This document shows, piece after piece, positions 54,446-64,000 of a DNA stretch of 64,000 nt. The stretch is taken from the NCBI RefSeq assembly GCF_001194135.2, contig NC_068992.1:10944819-11008818 (forward strand). Direction: 5' to 3'. Made by a program: the position numbers and the translations under genes. This stretch comes from Octopus bimaculoides (taxonomy: Eukaryota). The notes below the pieces were generated by a model. The model was given only the letters and a program-made list of their open reading frames with translations, was not told the DNA's origin and did no database searches. Position 1 is the first letter of the stretch, and each line of letters starts with the position of its first letter.

Positions 54446-55284
54446 TTGTCTGTACATCGTGCACTTATTGTAAACAAACATCAGTACCATACAAGCAGCG
54501 TTATCTGTTTGTCGTTTTACATGAAGAATATACCTGAATTAGAAGAAACTAATATTACTTTGCTTGGAGACAGGTAAGATGCTGATGACTTGGAAAGCAT
54601 CCAGCTAAAGAAAATCTGCCACAAGTTTCTTCTGACCCATACAAGCATAGAAAAGGAGACGTTAAAACGACAATGATGACATCATAATGTCAAAATATAA
54701 AACTCATAAAAGACAAGAATGGAATCGATGTTGTTACAAGGCATTTGTTTTATGATAATTGAAATAATAATCAACTACCGTTATCAAAACTAATCCATTG
54801 AAAGCGAGGATTATCTAAATGAGAAACAGCTGAAAAGCAGTGATAATACATAGATTAAGTGCTAATAAGCACAGATAAATCTTTTTGAAGTCCCATGTTC
54901 TGCAAAGCAGTAACAATGGAGAATATGGAATTGCAGATACAAGACCCACCCATGAAACTGAGTGCTAGAAGAGTTGTGTGCCACCCACACGTAACACCAC
55001 ACTTTTCACCCACTCTAACCTGAGAAATCAAACTACAACTCCTCTTCTAACTGCATCTTTCTCTTCCTCACATTCCCTCTTCATAAATTATGATTGTTTT
55101 CCAACCCTCTTTCTTGCCGTCACTGCCTGACTCACTGTATCACTGGTCCCCAAACCCCCACTACCCACACCTACTCCCTATTTTTCTAACCAGGTTCTAA
55201 GCTCCATATTCTTGTTACTTGTGAGTATACCCCCAACACTACACCATCTCTCGTCTGCTCTCTCTTCCACTTCTGCTGTTTCCT

Positions 55285-55302
55285 ACTCTCTCTCTCTCTC
55301 TC

Positions 55303-55368
<66 letters not shown>

Positions 55369-55720
55369 TTGGTAACTCGCTCTCTCTTTCTCTTGGTAAC
55401 TCTCTCTCTCTCTCGCCTCTTGCTTTTCCTCTGACTAGGTAACCAAGTATCATCTTTACATCAGCACACTTGTTTCTGGCTGCTTTCTGTATCTCTCTCT
55501 CACTCTCGATCTGCCCCCGCCTCTCTCTCTCTCTTTCTCTCTCACTGGGTAACTATGTACCTCCTCTATAACAAAACACCTATTTCTGCCTCTCTATTTC
55601 TCTGTTATAGTCTAACCTTTCATCATTTGATACTGGATCACCTCCTCTAATGTCCCGGCTCTTGTGGTAAGACACTGGCTTCTGTCTCTCTGTCTCTTTG
55701 TCACTCTGACACAGTTGACA
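55285..55720. repeat. (CT)n tract plus CT-rich subrepeats carrying a recurring ggtaac motif
   Basis: ttggtaactc recurs about 25 bp apart; act.ggtaac.a.gta units at about 55435 and 55545. Confidence 0.6.
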
Positions 55721-56589
55721 GAACTGTAAAAGAAATTGAAATGGATGCCTTGCAGTGTTTGTTTTGACTTTTTACATACTGAGCTCAAATCTTGCCATGA
55801 TCTACCTGGGTTGTAGACTTAATCCATCACCTGGTTTAACCCACCACCTGGCCTCTTTGGTGCCTTTATTAATGTTCCCTTCTGTTTTAAGCATTAAGCC
55901 AGGTCCCTAATTTGTGGTTACTTCCTCCACTCCCAATAGTTTGAAAACCCTGTAAAGAGTTGATGCACTGCTTTCTCTCCTAACTGAAAGATAATAAAAT
56001 TAATATTGTATGGTTAACCAAGCCCTATATCTCAGCACTTTGCAAGAAGCACTGTAATTTTGTCCAACCGGAATCGTCTAATGCCTTGCAAGAAATCAAT
56101 TAAGAAAGAAATCTAATCTCTCTAAGCTGAACTGTTGTAAAGTTCTTTCCATTCATGAAAATGACAGGAAACTGAAGTAATTAGTGTCGTTAATGTGCAA
56201 ACTATAAGCATTACATATGTTCCAGAGAGGAAGGCCAATATTCACAAAAATATAATTTCTGAGGAACAAAAACAGCTCTCACGAGACGTAGATCTGAAAT
56301 TGATTAGATGGACAAAGCACTGACAGAGAAAGACACCACTTAATAATGTCAGCCATAGATAATAAATAAGACGCCCTCTTCCACTAACAACAACAACAGC
56401 AACAACAATAACAAAAATGAGAGTGGTAAAAGAGACTTGGGTAGGGGAAAACATAAATCAGCCCTTGTGCTTTCAATAGATCTGCAAATACACACACACA
56501 CTCATGCACACACACACACACTCATGCACACACACACACACACACAACAACAACAAATATAATGATGATGATGGTGATGGTGATGATAA

Positions 56590-56601
56590 CAACAGCAACA
56601 G

Positions 56602-56632
<31 letters not shown>

Positions 56633-56693
56633 AATAATAATGATAATAATGATAATAATAATAATGCTAATAATAATAATAATAATAATGATG

Positions 56694-56742
<49 letters not shown>

Positions 56743-56760
56743 TGATAATAATAATAACAA
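56590..56760. repeat. (AAT)n tract with GAT interruptions
   Basis: Directly visible; explains the poly-N/I/L ORFs. Confidence 0.95.
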
Positions 56761-57925
56761 CACAGCTTGAGTGCATTGCAAAAATAGAAAGCCTAAACTC
56801 TGAAAGATAAGTGAAATATTGATTGAACAATTCAAGTGTTTTTGCTACTTATGTACAAGTAAATGGCTGAACCAAATAAGTTCTTTAATACTGCAGCACT
56901 GCACAAATAATTGGCAGCCACCAATTACACTGACACTAACGAAGAAAATTTAATAAATACTGTGGATTAAAATGAGACTAAACTAAACATCGGGCTTTGA
57001 TGGTTTCCAGAAAATTCTTATATAATTATAACAAAAGGCTTTGAACATACCACTTCAGACACTTTTGTAGAAATCTCTCAGATGTGATAAACTCCCAGAG
57101 CAAGATGAAAGAAGGTACAATGTAGTTTACCCCTAAAGGAAAAGGCAGAGCAAATGTTAAATTTTACAGGTCTCTCTCTCTCTTCTTCTCTCTCTCTCTC
57201 ATTCTTTCTCTGACTTAACACATCAGTAAATTCAAGGAATTAATTATTACAGAGAAACTGATTGTGTTCTAAGATGGGAATGACTTGTTTAGTGATGACT
57301 AGCATGATACCTATCCAGGATGCAAATGACTCACCCTCCACACACCACGACCACAGGATTCTAGTAAGGTTTTATAATAGCTCAGTCATTCACAACCGCA
57401 ATGTTCTGGTATGGTTTTATTAAAGCTCAGTCATTGGAAAACTGTGGCCCATGGGACTTTTCTAAATGGAATAATTAATGAAAAACTGTCTTGAATTTTC
57501 TTAATAATTAATCCTCCCTGATGATGAAACATATTTCATATGGCCCACTTTTCAGAAAAGTTTGCCCGTGTTCCTAACAGCTGCTCAAATAACACATTTG
57601 AAAGAAATTTCTGGAAGCTATCTGAGTCTAGTGCTCAGTTTAGACTCATTTCCTCCTTAGTATAAATTCAAGTTTGTGAAACATATTCAGAATGATACGT
57701 AATCTTGTTAAATTAAGAAAACTAGGAGAATTATTGTATGATATTTTTGAAATGAACCTCAGGCAGTTACAGCTAATGGTTCCCTTTCATATCATTCAAT
57801 AATTTACAGCATTGTGCTTTAGAAAACCATTTTGGTAAACTTAATAAATCATACACGTTACCGGCAATATTGAATACTCTATCCTGCATACATTATATAT
57901 ATATGCATGTATGTATGTTTGTATG

Positions 57926-57997
<72 letters not shown>

Positions 57998-60879
57998 CAT
58001 GAATATACATGTGTGCATACATACATGCATATGTTTGTATACATACATAGGCTCCCATGCAAATGTTTATTTAAACATACATGCATATATACATGTAGGT
58101 ATACACACACACACAGGTGGTTACAATGATGCACCAGCTTTATGAGTCAAACAGTCTCTACCAGAACAGACATCATGCCAAGCAGCAGCAGCAGCAGCTA
58201 CACCACCACCACCATTTACTAAGTCATGCCCCATTTCAGAACTCAATCACCCAATCATCCCAATAATTGATTACATGACCTTGACGATGTTTGAAATCAA
58301 AGCAATAGGCTTATATATTTTAGCCTCTACTCTGCTTTTTTCTTATGGATAGAATATATTATGCATTATATTGGCATTTTCTTTTCTAAGCTTTTCACTT
58401 CTAAGGGAACCCAGGGATACAACTGAGGTTGTTCAGTTATGGCCTTTAAGCATGGTTTTTGAATAACGTTTTGCAGGAAACTAGAAGGATCTCTGTCAAT
58501 CTGATTCCTGATTGCCAATTTTTTATGCTAAATTTCTGTTTTGAAGAACTTGCTTTGTTCAGGTATTTGCCTGTTGAAATGTCCAACCAAAATTCCATTT
58601 ACCTTTTGAGAACATTCTATACAAGGTCTTTTATTTCTTTTCTTTTTTTTTCTTTTCAATGCTCTGAAGCTGTGTTCTATGTTCGCAAATTTATAGAAAA
58701 CATAAGGGCTGATTAATATGTTTTAACTAATCTGAGTTATGTTTACTGCTCCCTCATATTTGTAGGATCATTATATTTTTGTCTTATTTCTTTATAAGGT
58801 TTAATTTTAATTAGGGATATTAATTAATTTAGAACTTTCAGCTCTTCATAATTTATCACTTCTCAAGGATTATATCCTTCATGAGCATTGGAATATATTC
58901 ACTGCCTAAAGCTTGCATTCTTGAAAATATTTGCTGCATATGGATTGCATTTTCTTTTGGATTTTGAAAATGCTAAGCCATCTCAACTTACAATGGATTT
59001 TCATTAATCTTTCGGATAATTAAACTTGGACAGATTTGCAACACTGCTTGCAATACATTATGCCATATTTGGCAATCTCAGTACTACCATACTTGATAAA
59101 TAAAGCACCTACCACATTTGATAAATTGGTTGGCACCATGAAGGGAAGAACCCAGCCAAAGAAGCCTTGTCAAAGCAGGCACCAAAGCCCATTGTAGTCT
59201 GCTGGCTTGTTGGATGCAGTTAAACCATCCATTAAATGATAATGAGGAGGAGGATGGCGATGGTGGTGGCAGTAGTGTAGCAGTGGTGATAGGTGTGATG
59301 ATGATGATGATTGGGTGCCCCCCCCTACACACACACACACATAAGAGAAGATTGTAGGAGTCAGTTCCATATCCTGGATGAGGTGTACATTATTTACTAA
59401 GCAGGAATCTAAAGTATTGTAACCTTTGGTTGGCAACAGACTATTTAATTTCATTTTGTTTTCTTTTTGTTACACCCAGACAGCATGTTGCTGATCTCAA
59501 GCAGTGATGTGGCTTGTCTTGACCCAAGTGGCTTGCTCTCTGAGCATTTAATGTTGAGAAAATTAAATTCTTTCAAAAAGAATAGACTTACATAACGATT
59601 CACTTTATTTAATATCAAAGTTTCATGTTTTTAAGGTTTAACAAGAATCCTGACCATGATTGAGGTGGGTGACATATTTTCAATATGACAATGTTGGGTT
59701 GCAACATAATTAAGGGTGTGTAACTGAGTGAGTCACTAATGTAAGTTAGAAGGAATGTCTCCTGTATGTAATGTGTTCGAATTGTAACATAATGTGTGTA
59801 GTTAACATTTGTTTTAAAGACCGTTCATAGAAAGACTCAATTTCCAGTGATTTCTTAAAGAGGCATGAATAAAGGATATTCAGAATGCAAGTTTATAAAA
59901 GAAAGACATTGAAATTTATTCAGTAGTGTAATGAGTGCTAGCGAGTGGTAACAAGGATTAAACTTGCATATGAATGGGAACCAAATATATGTGTATGCAA
60001 GACAGGAAAAATCACATGGCTTGCTATATACACTGAGGTTTATATGAAGCAGAATGGAAGCTGATATTAATCAAATGAGTTGCATGTAGTTTGGTGGTGA
60101 ACACAGAAAATGAGACATGTTGAAGAAAGTGATGTTGCTTCTATGCTGTCAAATCTGCAACTGGTCTGAACCTGCCACTTCTGTATTGTAGTGAGTTCCT
60201 CCAACTAAGTTAGATCACTACTGTTTTATTCATACACCTCCAGTTCTGATTGGCTGGAATCTTCCACAGCACAACTGAACTATGTCACAACAACAAAATA
60301 GATCTTTCCTGTCTTGCTGCAGGTGTAACATCATCAGAACTGTTCATGGCAAGTTTAACATTACTTATTTCTTTCTTATCAGTATGAAAGATTATGTACT
60401 AATATACGAGGTGGCACTGGGCTTTTGCTAATTGATTTTGGTACCCATGTAGTCACAAGTAAACATAATCCTCCTTTCAGTACCCCGCCCCACCTTCATC
60501 TATTGGAATGTCTTGGATGTGGTCGTTGGAAAGGAAAGGGGTTTATACCGGCATTTGGCAAGTACTCATTACAGTTGATGAGATTCTGGAAACAGGAAAT
60601 GGAATGTCTTGTTTGAGGACAAACATGTTGCTCAGGAACTGAACCCACAATCTTATGTTCATGGACGGAACACCCTAACTGTTAGGACCAACACATTCAC
60701 TAATCTATAATAGTTGTGTATAATTTAACAAAGATTTGGCTATTATTGGTAGCAAATCAAGCAAACATTTAGATTACTTTTTTGGTTAGTAACAATTCTA
60801 TGTTTTTGTTTAACCACTCCTACATATACACATTGAATGAACACACATATATGCATACATGGGATACATATATGCACGC

Positions 60880-62420
60880 ATACATACACAGTACACATAC
60901 GTACATACACATATACACATGCATACATAATTACATATACATATACAAACACATGCATACATACATACATACATACATACATACATACATACATACATAC
61001 ATGCATACAAACACACATATGTACCTGTATTTATATAGCGAAATGAAATGTTCAAGTAGACCAGACATTATTTTTAGTTGGACATAACCATCTGTTGACA
61101 AACGACAACCAACTGATCGGATTGGCCTGAAGTGTTTTGGCTTCTAAAGTTCAACAGAACAAACACAGAAGAAAGGAAATGTGTGAGTTTACTCACATGC
61201 CTTGTTCAAACTGTATTTCATTTTATTGATTAATCTCATAAAAACTACTTATAGTTCCATATGCTACATGTGCCATAAAAACCCATATAATTTACGCACC
61301 TGAGTAATTTACACAGGTGATTTTCAGGATAAAAATTGTTTAAAAAAGCTTCTAATCGTGTAAAATTTGCACCAAAAATTTTCAGAATTGCTGATATGGC
61401 CAGTGGGGAAAGGTTTTCAATTTAGTTGTATTTAGCATAATTTCACTCACTTACTTATGATTAGATTTTATTAAATTTTCATTAAATAAAAATAATATCT
61501 GTCCTTGAACCCATCAGTGCCTTTCAAACTGTCAGCATGCCAACATGAATGAGGATGTTAAAAGAGGATGATGACGATGGTGCTAAGGCCTGGTTTGAAG
61601 AAGATTTGCCTGCTATCTTTAGCAGGTTGTGCAATGTATCAGCAGATTTGTTAAAATGCTGGACAAAATGCTTTACAGCATATAACTAGAGCTCTTTATA
61701 TTCTAAGTTCAAATACCACTAAGCTCAGATTTGCCCTTTATTCATCAAGGACTTGTAATAAGGTAGGAGACAATTTCTGGGATGAATTCTTAAGATGAAT
61801 TCCTAAGATGGAAATGGAATTGTAATAGAAGACTAGAAGACACAATCATACACATAGTCTCTCTAATCATCTCATTCATACTTTCATCATGTCGTTTGTG
61901 GCAAAGGAACACATAAATATTCGAGTATCTCATGCTTATGTTTTCGCTGACAGCATTGATATTGATGTCATTGTTCTAAGCAACTAGCTTTGTGGTTGAA
62001 GAACATACTGACATACTTGAAGATACATTCAACATATGGAACTATAAGTAGATTTTACGAGGTTAATCAATAAAATGAAATACAGTTTGAACAAGGCATG
62101 TGAGTAAACTCACACATTTCCTTTCTTCTGTGTTTGTCCTGTAGAACTTTAGAAGCCAAAACACTTCAGGGCATTTCCGATCAGTTGGTTGTCGTTTGTC
62201 AACAGATGGTTATGTCCAACTAAAAATTTTCTGTCTTGTCTACTTGAACATTTCATTTCGCTATATAAATATATACTGTGTATGGATACAGGTGCATATG
62301 TGTGTGTGTGTATGTATGTATGTATGTATTTATGTATGTATGCATGTATGTGCGTATGTACATATGCATGTGTTTGTGCATGTATATGTGAGTATGTATG
62401 CCTGTGTATCTGTGTATGTA
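60880..62420. repeat. Long inverted repeat (core arms 61030-61263 and 62033-62269; 769-bp spacer)
   Basis: The arms align as reverse complements with about 13 differences in about 235 nt (counted by eye); looser homology continues outward through the TACA-rich tracts. Confidence 0.92.
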
Positions 62421-62431
62421 TACATATATAT

Positions 62432-62491
<60 letters not shown>

Positions 62492-62519
62492 GTGTGTGTG
62501 TGTATATGTATATATATGT

Positions 62520-62657
62520 AGGAAGGGCATCTAGCAGTAGAAACATTGCCAGATCAGATTGGAGCTGGGTGCAGTCCACTGGCTTACCAGACCTCAGTCA
62601 AACCGTCCAACCCATGCCTGCATGGAAAGCAGACGTTCAATGATGATGACGATGATG

Positions 62658-62660
<3 letters not shown>
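62520..62660 (+). mobile_element. RTE-tail SINE-like repeat
   Basis: ggaagggcatc...cagattggagc...ccagacctcagtcaaaccgtccaacccatgc...(gat)n. Confidence 0.8.
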
Positions 62661-62699
<39 letters not shown>

Positions 62700-63639
62700 G
62701 TACGTATATATGCATATACTCACATATTATTTGTATTATTATATGATCGAACACACACGTCATCTTTGCAAGTAAGTTTTAACTTTATATTTCTGACGTG
62801 ATTCTATCTATCTTTGTATCCTTCTCCCCAGCTCGTTCTTCCTTCTGTTGTTCTCTGCCTCTCTCCTTCACTACTATATCTCTCTCTTCTTCCCTGTCTC
62901 TCATTGCTCACCTATATTCTACTTCTCCCCCCCTTTTTCTCCCTCTACCACTCTTTCTCTTTACCCCTCGCTGGTCATATGTGTCCGGCTGGTCATATGT
63001 GTGCTTGTCTATCTGTGTGTGTCTGTGTCTATGTCTGTGCATGTATATATATATGTAGGTAAGTCTAATGTTATCACATTGATATATGTTTTTCTACATG
63101 TATGCATGTATGTATGAATGTATGTATGAATGTAGATGTATATATGCATCTCAATAAATACACATATGTATAGATACTTGCATGCATACATGTATATGTA
63201 AAGAAGATCATGCAAACCATTCTTACACCCCTGTTCCAATTCTCTCTTCTATGTTTGCCTGAGAAGCAAATATTCTTTCCAACGCAACAAGATGCCACTT
63301 GTCACAGTCATTTGTCATTTGTTTTGTGAGGTAACTACCTCGATGTCACTTTCCATCACTCCATCCCATCTCTTTCTAAGTCTTCCTCTTTCATAATTAC
63401 TATTCACCTTGAAGGTTTTATGAAGCTGTTATCACATACATGCATCATGTGCCTGAAGCAGTACTGACATTACACATCCAACAAAGCATGGTTGCTTTGT
63501 TTCTTTCTCACTTTCAAAAGTCCTCTGCATTCAGGGCCCATGTTTCACTACCATGGAGTGACATACATATATGCACACATAGGTACATACATAAATTTAT
63601 ATATACATCAACACACACGCACACACACGCACACATTTT

Positions 63640-63790
63640 GGCGTTAGGAAGGACATCCAAATGAAGAAACCAGGCCAAAGCAAACTATTGAGCTTGGTGC
63701 AGTCTTCTGACCTGCCAGTTCCTGTCAAAGCCATCTAACCCATGCCAGCATGGAAAACAGACGTTAAATGATGATGATGGCATGATAATG
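63640..63790 (+). mobile_element. RTE-tail SINE-like repeat
   Basis: ggcgttaggaaggacatcc...aacccatgccagcatggaaaacagacgttaaatgatgatg. Confidence 0.75.
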
Positions 63791-64000
63791 ATGATGATGG
63801 TGGTGGTGGTGGTGGCGGTGATGGTTTTGGTGACGATGATGATGATGATATATCATTGTTTAACATCTTCATTCACGCACAGGTCATGAAAACTTTTATT
63901 GAGGTGGATTCTCAATAGCTGGATACTTTTCCTGCTGCCAAGCCTCATCTGTTTCCAAGTAAGGTAATATTTGTCCCATGACCAATGACCAGACATATTT

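Noticed and set aside
56473-56835. Poly-Asn, poly-Leu and poly-Ile ORFs, and similar homopolymer ORFs throughout
   Set aside because: Translations of trinucleotide microsatellites with no coding context.
57338-57363. Minus-strand 26-nt segment reading SCGRGV (thrombospondin-like)
   Set aside because: Too short, weak acceptor, and no upstream W..C.. motif in frame.

Overview
AT-rich eukaryotic DNA with very dense microsatellites and nine assembly gaps, most flanked by (TA)n. The SINE families and repeat style point to a coleoid cephalopod, most likely Octopus; this is an inference from recalled repeat families, not a database result. No complete protein-coding gene, rRNA, functional tRNA or CRISPR array can be supported. 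The window looks intronic or intergenic and is built from decayed transposons: mariner/Tc1, pogo/Tigger, hAT, piggyBac-like MITEs, RTE, R4/Dong-like RLE LINEs, Penelope-like elements and several SINE families. Most ORF-track entries are translations of microsatellites or N runs. The best second-look items are a roughly 235-380 bp near-perfect inverted repeat at 60.9-62.4 kb, two smaller hairpin elements, hammerhead-ribozyme-like cores next to Penelope remnants, Dong-like LINEs sitting in (AAT)n tracts, and a few unverified small-exon candidates. I found no convincing evidence of a novel multi-gene system.
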